A DNA stretch of 35,776 nt from Candidatus Woesearchaeota archaeon (GCA_018303265.1 JAGVYN010000013.1:1-35776); one strand, 5' to 3'; positions 1 through 8,741 are shown, counted from the first letter of the stretch. Notes: generated by a model not told the origin, from the letters alone. Numbers and translations: made by a program.

Positions 1-339
1 TATCTGCTCTCCACAAATGAAGCAATTGTGCTACCTCCTGCCTTTGCCGGCGAACTTGCGCAATTTGACCCACGAGTAGGGCATATTACTTCCCACTATG
101 CCGGTTTTTTTGACCCGGGATTTGGCTATTTCCCTGGCAAGGAAGAACAAGGCAACACCGCGACATTAGAAGTTCGTGTTCATAACAAACCAGAGATCAT
201 CCGTGATGGTCAACCGATTGCTGTCCTCCGTGTGGAGCGGATGGCCAATGATCCTTTGTTCTATTATGGTTGTCCGGAACGAAGTTCAAACTATTCTCGA
301 CAAACTGGTGTGCGTTATGGAAAACATTTCAAAGAATAA
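1..339 (+). CDS. dcd: dCTP deaminase, C-terminal part (5' truncated by window edge)
   Basis: Frame is open from base 1 (YLLSTNEAIVLPPAFAGE...). Contains HYAGFFDPGFG and LEVR motifs and a C-terminal Y..Q.G, typical of the long 2'-deoxycytidine 5'-triphosphate deaminase family. Confidence 0.85.
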   Translation, partial: YLLSTNEAIVLPPAFAGELAQFDPRVGHITSHYAGFFDPGFGYFPGKEEQGNTATLEVRVHNKPEIIRDGQPIAVLRVERMANDPLFYYGCPERSSNYSRQTGVRYGKHFKE

Positions 340-364
340 AAAAAGAAAAATAAAATAAAAAAAA
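340..364 (-). terminator. Oligo-T tract downstream of radA (archaeal intrinsic terminator-like)
   Basis: A-rich run on + (T-rich on -) between the convergent dcd and radA stop codons. Confidence 0.45.
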
Positions 365-371
365 TTCAAAC

Positions 372-1355
372 TTAATTTACATCCTGCAACCCAATATCCA
401 ATACTTCAAAACAGCATTCGCCATCTGGAAGTGCGGGAGCGTCAATCAACTTGGCAACTCTGCTGCCTTTCTTCCCTTTCCGCAAATAAATTCGGAATGT
501 TGACGCATGCGCAACAATATGCCCGCCAATTGCCACCGTGGGATCGCCAAAGAACTGGTCTGGTTTAGCCATGACTTGGTTTGTCACATATACACAGATA
601 TTATGGCTGCTGCCAATTTTAGCGAGTGTATGCATGTGCCGGTTCAATTTCTGTTGTCTCTCTGATAAAGTTCCTCGTCCAATAAACTCGGCCCGGAAAT
701 GTGAGGTCAATGAGTCAACAACGACAAGGCGAACATTTTTCCCTTGTTCCGTGATTAAACTTTCAACTTTCTCTGCCAGCAGCATCTGATGATCAGAGTT
801 GTAGGCACGAGCGACCATGATCCTGTTCAGCGCATCTTCCGGATTGAGTCCAGCCCCTTCCGCTAATCTCTGGATACGTTCCGGACGGAAGGTATTTTCT
901 GTGTCAATGTACACGGCAACCGCATCAGGGTCTTCCTTCAAAGTATTCACGCAAAGGATATGCCCTATTTGTGTTTTCCCAGAACCAAACTCGCCGAAAC
1001 ATTCCGTGATCGCACCGGTTTCAAACCCACCGCCCATCAAGGCATCAAAAGTGGCGGATCCCGTCGAAATTTTAGCGACAATTTCTCTTCTCTTCAGGAC
1101 GTCGGTGCCCGTTTCAAAGCCCATTTTCATACCATCGCGGGCGGCATTGATCATTTTTCGAGCGACCGCTTCCGAAACGCCTGCCGTTTCACAGAGTTCG
1201 CCGATCGTCGCGACGGCAATAGCCATCAAATCACGATATCCTGCCAATTCCAATTTTTCTGCAGTGGCAGCTCCTACGCCAGGTAAATCCTGGATACTGG
1301 GCTGTTTTGCTTTCGTATTGTTTTTTTCCATTTTCAATTCTAATTTTGCTTCCAT
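372..1355 (-). CDS. radA: DNA repair and recombination protein RadA
   Basis: N-terminal HhH (DLPGVGAATAEKL), Walker A GEFGSGKTQ, YIDTENTFRPERI, Walker B LVVVDS, GRGTLSERQQKL; no intein. Confidence 0.97.
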   Translation of the reverse strand: MEAKLELKMEKNNTKAKQPSIQDLPGVGAATAEKLELAGYRDLMAIAVATIGELCETAGVSEAVARKMINAARDGMKMGFETGTDVLKRREIVAKISTGSATFDALMGGGFETGAITECFGEFGSGKTQIGHILCVNTLKEDPDAVAVYIDTENTFRPERIQRLAEGAGLNPEDALNRIMVARAYNSDHQMLLAEKVESLITEQGKNVRLVVVDSLTSHFRAEFIGRGTLSERQQKLNRHMHTLAKIGSSHNICVYVTNQVMAKPDQFFGDPTVAIGGHIVAHASTFRIYLRKGKKGSRVAKLIDAPALPDGECCFEVLDIGLQDVN

Positions 1356-1382
1356 TGTATAATACCTCTTTTATTTTAATAT

Positions 1383-1700
1383 TTATGCACTTGCGAATAA
1401 ATCCTGTTCTTTGAAAACAAGGAATTCGTAGGCCTTCTGCAGGACCACATTCGCCTTGGGCAGATCATTCACCCGTAAAGAATTCGTGGACTGCCATCTG
1501 CCATCTTTATCGGTATAACTTCGTTCGATGGAGATGGTTCGATACTCTGCCGCTGCTCCATTGATACCCTGGCCTTTATTCAGCCAAACTGTGGCAGAAA
1601 TGGCGCCGGCACGAAACTTTTTTTCCGGCAAGTTCCCGCTTCCGGTATTTCCATTGTGCGCTTGTGGCGCTAGTTGTGGTGTTTTTTGTTGTGTTTGCAT
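1383..1700 (-). CDS. Small conserved hypothetical protein, possible ssDNA-binding beta-fold
   Basis: Start refined to ATG at 1700 (MQTQQK), preceded by a GAGGTG SD. Motif GAISATVWxN...SIERSYTDKDGRWQSTNSL..NDLPK. Immediately upstream of radA. Function is inferred. Confidence 0.7.
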   Translation of the reverse strand: MQTQQKTPQLAPQAHNGNTGSGNLPEKKFRAGAISATVWLNKGQGINGAAAEYRTISIERSYTDKDGRWQSTNSLRVNDLPKANVVLQKAYEFLVFKEQDLFASA

Positions 1701-1720
1701 TGTATGCACCTCTTTCCTTT

Positions 1721-1784
1721 CGGTTTTTATTTCAAACCGCTTGCAATTATACAAGCGGCGAGGGGCAACTTGGTTTCAAGCTGC
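1721..1784 (-). promoter_or_regulatory. Structured 5' leader or palindromic operator set upstream of the ssb-like/radA unit
   Basis: Three inverted repeats at 1765-1784, 1737-1758 and 1721-1739; TTTAAAT TATA-like box at about 1808-1814. Confidence 0.45.
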
Positions 1785-1908
1785 AGTAAGCATTATACCA
1801 GAACTCATTTAAATATCTTGACTGAACCTGACCAGTTGACCAGTGGGACAAAAAAGTCATTTGTGAATGGAACATTTAAGCTTATTTTTATTCACTTTAA
1901 CCAAAGCG

Positions 1909-1941
1909 TTTATATGTTATAGCAACTTATATACTTGCTAT
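1909..1941 (+). promoter_or_regulatory. TATA box plus palindromic operator of the TA operon
   Basis: TTTATAT at 1909-1915, about 25 nt before ATG 1940 (leaderless spacing). ATAGCAA-N9-TTGCTAT inverted repeat at 1919-1941. Confidence 0.6.
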
Positions 1942-2158
1942 GGTAACAACAATCCAAGTAAGTGAACAACTGATGGATACCTTGAAAAAGAGGAAACAAT
2001 ATGACAAAGAAAGCTACGAAGAAGTTATTTGGGATTTGGTAGAGGATACGATGGAAGTAAACGAAGAAACAAAAAAAGAAATTGAACAAGCAAGAACAGC
2101 TATCAAATCAGGAAAATTCTATACGCATGAACAGGTCAAAAAGAAACTGGGGTTGTAA
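1940..2158 (+). CDS. Antitoxin (RHH-like N-terminus) of a RelE-family TA pair
   Basis: 72 aa, TTIQVS...ESYEEVIWDL, acidic middle; stop codon directly abuts the relE start. Confidence 0.75.
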   Translation: MVTTIQVSEQLMDTLKKRKQYDKESYEEVIWDLVEDTMEVNEETKKEIEQARTAIKSGKFYTHEQVKKKLGL

Positions 2159-2410
2159 ATGTACGAGTTGATTTATTCCCCATCTGCATTAAAGCAGTTA
2201 GAGAAACTCGAACACAACATAAAAGAAAGAATTGTTATTGCCCTTGAAAGATTAAGAATCAGACCGGAATCCTGCGATATCAAGAAACTGGTTGGAATGC
2301 AAGGGTACCGATTCAGAGTTGGGGATTATAAGGTTATTTTTGATATGGAAAAAAATAAACTGATTATTCTTGTTCTTCAAATCGGCCATAGAAAGAATAT
2401 TTATGATTAG
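2159..2410 (+). CDS. relE: RelE/StbE-family mRNA interferase toxin
   Basis: 83 aa; ALKQLEKL, IKKLVG, YRFRVGDYKVIF, IGHRKNIY. Confidence 0.9.
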   Translation: MYELIYSPSALKQLEKLEHNIKERIVIALERLRIRPESCDIKKLVGMQGYRFRVGDYKVIFDMEKNKLIILVLQIGHRKNIYD

Positions 2411-2471
2411 GGACAAAGCAAAACTCCGCCGCGTCAAGTGATAGAAACATAACATCGGAAGTATCGAGGAA

Positions 2472-2927
2472 TCACCAAAATTGTTTGATAATGACGATAA
2501 TTAACACGATCATAATTATTCCTTCCCAAAAACCGCCTGTTTTAATGGGGCCTCTTATTTTAAATTGGGAGAATGGGTAGAAGAGTTGGACTCCCATGGG
2601 AGTAATCCCATCACCGACAATATGTGCAGTATATCCCAATAGCAAAGCCCAGGCATAATACGTGTTGAAAAAATAACTAATTGCAAAAAAGATGATACCA
2701 TGGAACAACAACGAATGAAAAAATCCTCTGTGCTTGGCAAAAAAGGCAACAATTGAGCCAACAATACCAAACCATTTGTTGATTCTACTATGTTTTTCAT
2801 CGATATCAGGGAGAATGCTGCCGAGCAGAATGAGAAGGAAAAAAAGAATAGTGCTTCCTTCGGAAAAATAATTTCTTAAAAGTAAAAAGAAAAGAATGCC
2901 TAGGAGGATGTGAGTTTTGAAGAGCAT
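2472..2927 (-). CDS. Membrane-bound metal-dependent hydrolase (YdjM/DUF457-like)
   Basis: Start refined to ATG 2927 (MLFKTH). Motifs TH, GSILPDID, HRGFFHS, HIVGDGITPMG, LFYP; multiple TM segments. Confidence 0.85.
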   Translation of the reverse strand: MLFKTHILLGILFFLLLRNYFSEGSTILFFLLILLGSILPDIDEKHSRINKWFGIVGSIVAFFAKHRGFFHSLLFHGIIFFAISYFFNTYYAWALLLGYTAHIVGDGITPMGVQLFYPFSQFKIRGPIKTGGFWEGIIMIVLIIVIIKQFW

Positions 2928-3003
2928 AGAAAAGAGAAGAACAAGAATTGAATTATTAATGTTTTGATGTTTTTCAATCAATAAAGTAGTTTTCAGAAAA
3001 AGA

Positions 3004-3987
3004 TCACTGAACTTTCTCCAATCGTGCCAATTCCTCTTGAGGATTAGCATTCTCTACTATTTGAACATTTAATTCCAAACGCTGGAACATGTCGTTCTTT
3101 TGAACACGGCCTTTCAATTTAAATTGCTCTCCCAACAGATCAGTTTTCACATCCTCAAACAGATTCATGTGATCTTTATACTGCGCTATGGAAGCTTCAT
3201 CTTTTCTCAAAAGGTGATGCGTTTGATTCTTCCAGAAGATGCTGCGGATCGTCCCCGTGCCATCATCAATAACGACGTTGACTACGTATGATAATTCTGG
3301 TTTAATTGTTCCGTGCTCAGCGCAGGTGAACGCCCCTTCATTTTGCTGTGCCCGTTTACGGCATTCTGAACAAAGATAAAAGAACCTCGGATCAAAAACC
3401 TGCACGACTGTTCCCATAATCTCGGCGTTTTCTTCTCCTTGCAATTCCTGAATTGACTTGCGAATGTAACTCATTTCTTTACGTACCGTCTCGATGACCT
3501 CGCCTTGCGGATTAACCTGAAGACTGCCGCGATCGCCAAGATGGATTTCTTTATTGTCTCGATTCTCACGAACATACGCTTCTTTTATCAAAACAATGTC
3601 ATTCTCATTCACAGTTGAAAGTTGTTCAACCTGGTCATTCCACAGCACCACCCGAATTGTTCCTGTTTCATCGCCAAGAATGAATGAGCATACTTTGCCC
3701 AGAGATTCTCCTTTTTGGAAGGTGCGTATGTCAAATTTGCGGACAACTTTTCCTGCCGTGGAAATATTTCTCATCCCGCTGTATAATTCCTTGATCTTGA
3801 GTTTTTGTTGTTGAGAAAATACTTCGATGCCTAACTCATTGGCAATGATGTGGGATGCTCCTTCCTCGCTTATCAGCCCAGAAAGTTCGTTAATTTTATT
3901 CTTAATGCTCCTTTCAAGCTGCTCTGCTGTCACTTTCCCGCTGCAGATAATTTTTTCTTTTAAATCAGATAATGGAATTTTAAACAT
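3004..3987 (-). CDS. rpa: Replication protein A (OB-folds plus Zn ribbon)
   Basis: LSGLISEEGASHIIANELG N-domain; OB-fold GDETGTIRVVLW; second OB-fold with CSEC...CAEHG zinc finger and DDGTGTIR. ATG 3987 has a GGTGAG SD. Confidence 0.9.
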   Translation of the reverse strand: MFKIPLSDLKEKIICSGKVTAEQLERSIKNKINELSGLISEEGASHIIANELGIEVFSQQQKLKIKELYSGMRNISTAGKVVRKFDIRTFQKGESLGKVCSFILGDETGTIRVVLWNDQVEQLSTVNENDIVLIKEAYVRENRDNKEIHLGDRGSLQVNPQGEVIETVRKEMSYIRKSIQELQGEENAEIMGTVVQVFDPRFFYLCSECRKRAQQNEGAFTCAEHGTIKPELSYVVNVVIDDGTGTIRSIFWKNQTHHLLRKDEASIAQYKDHMNLFEDVKTDLLGEQFKLKGRVQKNDMFQRLELNVQIVENANPQEELARLEKVQ

Positions 3988-4085
3988 GAGGCTCACCTTT
4001 TATTTGTTTAAGAAAAGGATATTGGAAGAATATTTATAAGGATTTAGGTAATTAAACATAACAAAAGATGGTAACGGAACAAAGA

Positions 4086-5234
4086 CTACGAATTGAGGAC
4101 AAATTGGCCGATGGATGATTCCTTTCCCTTCTTTATTGCTGTCGCGGAGAAAGCATAATCACCCCCTTCTTCTAAATAAACACTTTCCAGAAGATAAAAT
4201 ATTCGACCATCACAAAGATAGGCTTTTCCCTTTTCTTTCTGTGAACATTGCTCCACAGCCGTACGAATTTCATCCCGCAGGAACGAAACTTTCTCCAAAA
4301 AGCTGCCTGCCGCTTCGAAAATAATAATATCCTCCGCTGAACCGGTGTAGTCCAGCAAACGCAAGTCATTGGTAAAATAAATAGTGTAGCTTTCAGCAGA
4401 CAGGTCATCAGGAAAAGAGATCTCAAAGAGGTTCGTATTGACAACTCCTTTTGCTTCAATATCTTCGATGGGAAACGGTTCCGTGGGAGTGAAGTCAAGA
4501 GTAAATAGGTATAATGCGGGAGAAGACAGTTGGGTTGCAGAACTCACAACGCAAAATGGTATCTGCCGTCCTTCCGAAGGGAATTCTTCCTCATCACAGG
4601 ATGCATATTTCCAACCAGCGTTTCTTGCGCCATCCACGCATTCTTGAAGATTTCTTTTGTTTCGGCACGCTTTAATAAGGCGCTGGGCTTCGGCTGTAAG
4701 TTGATCATACTCAGCAAAAGAATAACCTACGTCAACGCTAAAACCATTTTCAAATGTATACGTGCCGTGGTTCGTTTTTATTGTTTCTGCGCTTCCCTTG
4801 CCGAAAAAGAAGGTGCTGCTGTAGCCGATGTCAGTGAACGTCTTGCCTGCAAGGCGTAAAGCAAGTTTTTCCTGGGCTTGGGTAATGACTGCATTCTTTA
4901 CGTCCGGCAAACACCACTGTTCTTCTTTGTTCCAGAAATTTCGGCCCTTGCTCCTTCCGCACCCTGATGATGTTTCGGGAGGAAAACCGCCATTCGCAGC
5001 CAATTCCACGGCAATTTCCTGACCAATATTTTTGGCTATGATGTCGTTTTTCAACAATACTTTCTGCGCTTCAAAATAACCTTCCTTGAGAAAGGTAACC
5101 ACCCATTCCCCCTTCACGCCCGGAGTTACGCTGCTTTTGATGCTTAACCCTAAAAAGACAATAAGTCCTGCCATGATGAGGAGAACACCCCAATGCAAAA
5201 TTCCCCCGTGCCGATTCATCTTTTGCTTCTTCAT
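4086..5234 (-). CDS. Pilin-like surface protein with N-terminal anchor and C-terminal Fn3-like region
   Basis: MNRHG|GILHWGVLLIMAGLIVFL (variant class III leader); Cys-rich middle; YTIYF...YAFSATAIKKGKES resembles an Fn3 end. Confidence 0.6.
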   Translation of the reverse strand: MKKQKMNRHGGILHWGVLLIMAGLIVFLGLSIKSSVTPGVKGEWVVTFLKEGYFEAQKVLLKNDIIAKNIGQEIAVELAANGGFPPETSSGCGRSKGRNFWNKEEQWCLPDVKNAVITQAQEKLALRLAGKTFTDIGYSSTFFFGKGSAETIKTNHGTYTFENGFSVDVGYSFAEYDQLTAEAQRLIKACRNKRNLQECVDGARNAGWKYASCDEEEFPSEGRQIPFCVVSSATQLSSPALYLFTLDFTPTEPFPIEDIEAKGVVNTNLFEISFPDDLSAESYTIYFTNDLRLLDYTGSAEDIIIFEAAGSFLEKVSFLRDEIRTAVEQCSQKEKGKAYLCDGRIFYLLESVYLEEGGDYAFSATAIKKGKESSIGQFVLNS

Positions 5235-5240
5235 TTTGGA

Positions 5241-5666
5241 CTACCGCAATACTTTTTCCACACACCCTTTCTGTTCTTCCAACCAGACACACCTGTTACC
5301 GGCGATTTTCACTGTATCAGTGAGGCAGTCATTGCTGTCAATGTAATCATGACAAGAAGTGATAACCTTTCCTCCCAATACTTTGCTGTTCTTAATTTTC
5401 TCATTCAAGTCGACTCCTTCCAGGTTCTCTCCTGCCTGCATCTCCATGCGAAGATTGAGCAAGGCTGATTCTATTTGCTTAAAACTTTCAAAATTTTCAG
5501 TGGCCCCTTTTAAAGACCCTTTTGACGCTATGAATAAGAGGATGCCAACAAAGAAGATAAATACAATCGATAAGAGAAGAATCAAAAAGAGATCCTGTTC
5601 ATTGATGCTGGCAGCCTGCGCCTTCTTATTGAAATGAAGCGGTTTCAGGCTTTGTCCTATTTTCAT
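5241..5666 (-). CDS. Class III signal peptide (pilin-like) protein
   Basis: KKA|QAASINEQDLFLILLLSIVFIFFVG; C-terminal 4-Cys module. Confidence 0.7.
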   Translation of the reverse strand: MKIGQSLKPLHFNKKAQAASINEQDLFLILLLSIVFIFFVGILLFIASKGSLKGATENFESFKQIESALLNLRMEMQAGENLEGVDLNEKIKNSKVLGGKVITSCHDYIDSNDCLTDTVKIAGNRCVWLEEQKGCVEKVLR

Positions 5667-6130
5667 CTGCTCACCTTTTGAACATAGATCACGAGAAGAT
5701 CTTTTTCTACCATACCTTCTCTCTTAACAAGCACTTCTTTGAAAATGGCAAAATCATCTTTGTAAGCATACTTATCGGTAATCGCTTCCTGGCCGCTTTT
5801 TTCCAGTTTCAATCTGAAATTCAACGATTGTATCCCTTGAAGCGCCTCACTCTTGTAGCACGTGCTAAATCCCTCGTTGGTAAACTTGTCAAGGTCAATA
5901 ACACCGGGAACGACCTTTCCCGTAGTTTCATCTTGAAAAGCAAAACATTCAGGGATGGTGGTAAAACGCAAGGAGATGAGTTCTGCTTCCAATCGGGGAG
6001 GAACTTCAATGACGGTATTGATGAACGCCTGAATTGTAAAGCCCAGAATAAACAGCAATACGGTAAAAATCCCTGTAACCACGGTCCAAATGATGATTTC
6101 TGACGTTGCCGTTTGCCCCTTACGATTCAT
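5663..6130 (-). CDS. Class III signal peptide (pilin-like) protein
   Basis: MNRKG|QTATSEIIIWTVVTGIFTVLLFIL; overlaps both neighbours. Confidence 0.75.
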   Translation of the reverse strand: MNRKGQTATSEIIIWTVVTGIFTVLLFILGFTIQAFINTVIEVPPRLEAELISLRFTTIPECFAFQDETTGKVVPGVIDLDKFTNEGFSTCYKSEALQGIQSLNFRLKLEKSGQEAITDKYAYKDDFAIFKEVLVKREGMVEKDLLVIYVQKVSR

Positions 6131-6530
6131 TCTCTGCACATCCTCGTAAAATTACTCTCTTTTTTTTCTTTTCTAAACACACGGCTGATTCTTTCTCCGC
6201 GACACCTTCCCCCGTATATCCCTCAGGTAAAAAAAAGGAACGGCGCAGCCATTCCTGTTCCGGCTCTCCTGGCTTAAATAGAATAACACTTGTTGAATCA
6301 AGAACCAAAGAATATTCCGATAAATTACGCGGATACGTGACAACCGCATCACCAGGCAAGGCAGCCAACGTATTGACCATCATCGAAACGTCATCAATGG
6401 ATGTTTGCTTGAAAATAGTATCTTTCTTCGCAAAAGCCATCCCTTTACTGATGGCCAGAAACCCCACCAACAGAACAAACAGTACTTTGATGACAAAAAC
6501 AGGGCTGATGAAAAATCCTTTTCGGTTCAT
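6120..6530 (-). CDS. Class III signal peptide (pilin-like) protein
   Basis: MNRKG|FFISPVFVIKVLFVLLVGFL. Confidence 0.7.
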   Translation of the reverse strand: MNRKGFFISPVFVIKVLFVLLVGFLAISKGMAFAKKDTIFKQTSIDDVSMMVNTLAALPGDAVVTYPRNLSEYSLVLDSTSVILFKPGEPEQEWLRRSFFLPEGYTGEGVAEKESAVCLEKKKKRVILRGCAENES

Positions 6531-7183
6531 TGTTGTGGTTTTGGTGATTTAACTGGATGTAATATTGGTTTCTCAGGAATGGTGCAGGGTGGATTTTGAC
6601 AGACGTAAATAACCTTCCCTTTCTTGATCATCTGTACTTCAAAGCGTTTTGTTCTCGTTTCATAGTTTAACCACGTATTAAAATCTATACCATAAATATA
6701 ATAGTTGGGGGAAATTTCAATACATCTCATTTTCGTGGGAGTGACTGTCTTGATCTCTCTCTCTTCACCGCAGAATGTTCCTTCTGTATCTGTTTCTTCA
6801 AGAGTATATTCTTGAACCAAGCAGATACAATCATTACCCCCGCATTTGTCTTGCGGGCCGAGCCAATGTTCTTCAACATCATCAGTAGTACAAAAAATTG
6901 CCTCATTTATATACGAGCTCCAGAAATTTAACACTCGTGTGCCAGGATCAAGAATCAATAAAGATGTTTTTGGCTCTCCTTCCCTTCCTGTTTCCCCTAA
7001 CGTCTGGATATCACTGACAAACTTGTCGAAACTATCTTGGCCTTTTGAGAGTAAACCGACATACTTGACAGAGCAGGAAATAAAGGTAACGAGAATGATA
7101 ATAGCCAAGGCTAAACCAACCAATTCCTGAGCTGATAGAATGAACGCTCTTTTTGTTTTTTTGATTTTTTTTATTGGTTTCAT
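6527..7183 (-). CDS. Class III signal peptide (pilin-like) protein, Cys-rich
   Basis: KKTKRA|FILSAQELVGLALAIIILV; CGGNDCICL motif. Confidence 0.7.
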   Translation of the reverse strand: MKPIKKIKKTKRAFILSAQELVGLALAIIILVTFISCSVKYVGLLSKGQDSFDKFVSDIQTLGETGREGEPKTSLLILDPGTRVLNFWSSYINEAIFCTTDDVEEHWLGPQDKCGGNDCICLVQEYTLEETDTEGTFCGEEREIKTVTPTKMRCIEISPNYYIYGIDFNTWLNYETRTKRFEVQMIKKGKVIYVCQNPPCTIPEKPILHPVKSPKPQQ

Positions 7184-7259
7184 GTTCCATTGTTTTTATT
7201 ATGTATTTTCATTTTGTCTGAGCCTCTGGGAATTAAACATGCAATACAGAAAATCATTT

Positions 7260-8741
7260 CTAGGACCATTCCCTATTTTTACAGACATATCGTTTATTGT
7301 CAATAACGAGCGGCGCAAGATCATTGGCAACATCACAGCGATGCCAGAAATTCTCTTTGCAAATTAACGAGCCTGATGTTTTTGCTTTCCATTTGTAATC
7401 TTCGTTAGTAAAAACTTCCAGCGCGTCTGCATCTGAATCAGCAAATGTAGATGTAGGAGTTAATTGTTTTTCTGTCCTATAATCAATGACTTCTCCTTGC
7501 TTAAACGCTCCAGCCCCAATATCACTGCGCCCTCCTCCTGTTCCTTCATGTTGTGCAACAAAAATCCAACATTGGCCTTCGGCAGCTACGGTCTGTGGCA
7601 AACTACCACTTACTCCATAATATTTATACTTTTTAGAACGATCCTGCACACATTCTTCAAAACTCCCTTTACCACTTTTCGCGAAAATTTCACATTCCCA
7701 ATCAATAGATCCCCCATCCGTTCCGTCATCATAGACCGCTTCAATTTGAAATTTTTGGAATGATTCGAATGTTCCTTGATTCACCACATCAAGCAGGATA
7801 AAATACTCATTATTATCTTCCTGCGGTTCTGCAAGTTTCTCGGTGGAATCAACATGAATTTTAAGATAGCATTCGCTGTGGCCAGGGTTATCACAAAGAT
7901 CTGCTTCACTGCCCAACTGCAGATATACTTTAGGCGTTATTTCTTCATCGATGCCCAATCCCGTTGTGTATTCAATATTAATTTTAAACTTCGAAAGATC
8001 AATGAAAGCAGAAGGATCTTTCCATATGTTCTCTAAATCTGAACTGGAAACGTCGGAGGGGTCGATTTCATACAACTTCTTTTTAACACAATTTTTTTGA
8101 AGGATATCGCAGACAGAGACTGTTGTGGTAAATGAATGTGAGATGGCCTTTGGCCCTTTATTTTTAATGGTGGGAGCCACTTCAATCCATTGAAATACCT
8201 TGCCGTTAAAATCAAAAAAATATTTTTCTAACCCTTTTGATGCTCCTTCGGCTTGAAGATTGGCGTCAAGAACAGCGAGATCGCTTTCGACTTCAATTCC
8301 CTCTGGTTTAGCTTGCACGGGCGCGAGGGTTTCTTTTGCTTCCTGGCATTTTGTTTTATATTTCACATCGCAATCTTCCTTCTTCTTGGCATCGCATTTC
8401 TCAACAAACGTTCCCGGATTTTTCTCGGAAGGATATTGCAAACACGTCTTGCGGTCATTTTCCGCTTCATTGGGATCGGTAAGTGTTTTGGGACAGCCTA
8501 AGAATGCCGTGGAGGTATGTCCTTCCCCCTTGGTTGAGATGCATGGGCACTTATCCAATTTATTAAAAACGCCGTCAGAATCGCAATCTTCACTGTATGC
8601 TTTTGCTTCCGCACCGATACCTTCTATCCCTAACTTAATTTTTGAAAGAGCGGGACCGCCATATGCTAGTAAAAGAAGAACGCCGAGGATAAGGGAGATA
8701 ATTATTGAAATCATCTTGCCACTGACCCCTTTTTTGTTCAT
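7260..8741 (-). CDS. Pilin-like adhesin with TSP3-like Ca-binding motif, CARDB-like domain and Cys-rich C-terminal domain
   Basis: MNKKG|VSGKMISIIISLILGVLLLL; DCDSDGVFNKLDKCP; SDLAVLD...IKNKG...VDSTEKLAEPQEDNN (CARDB-like). Confidence 0.65.
   Translation of the reverse strand: MNKKGVSGKMISIIISLILGVLLLLAYGGPALSKIKLGIEGIGAEAKAYSEDCDSDGVFNKLDKCPCISTKGEGHTSTAFLGCPKTLTDPNEAENDRKTCLQYPSEKNPGTFVEKCDAKKKEDCDVKYKTKCQEAKETLAPVQAKPEGIEVESDLAVLDANLQAEGASKGLEKYFFDFNGKVFQWIEVAPTIKNKGPKAISHSFTTTVSVCDILQKNCVKKKLYEIDPSDVSSSDLENIWKDPSAFIDLSKFKINIEYTTGLGIDEEITPKVYLQLGSEADLCDNPGHSECYLKIHVDSTEKLAEPQEDNNEYFILLDVVNQGTFESFQKFQIEAVYDDGTDGGSIDWECEIFAKSGKGSFEECVQDRSKKYKYYGVSGSLPQTVAAEGQCWIFVAQHEGTGGGRSDIGAGAFKQGEVIDYRTEKQLTPTSTFADSDADALEVFTNEDYKWKAKTSGSLICKENFWHRCDVANDLAPLVIDNKRYVCKNREWS

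Noticed and set aside
1701-1754. N-terminal extension MYNCKRF... of the 123-aa ORF
   Set aside because: Start at 1700 has a clear SD; the extension overlaps the hairpin leader.
1822-1845. Short TGACCAGT direct repeat
   Set aside because: Only two 8-nt copies; no array or other supporting context.
2928-3050. N-terminal extension of the hydrolase ORF
   Set aside because: Overlaps the rpa 3' end; the family N-terminus begins at MLFKTH.
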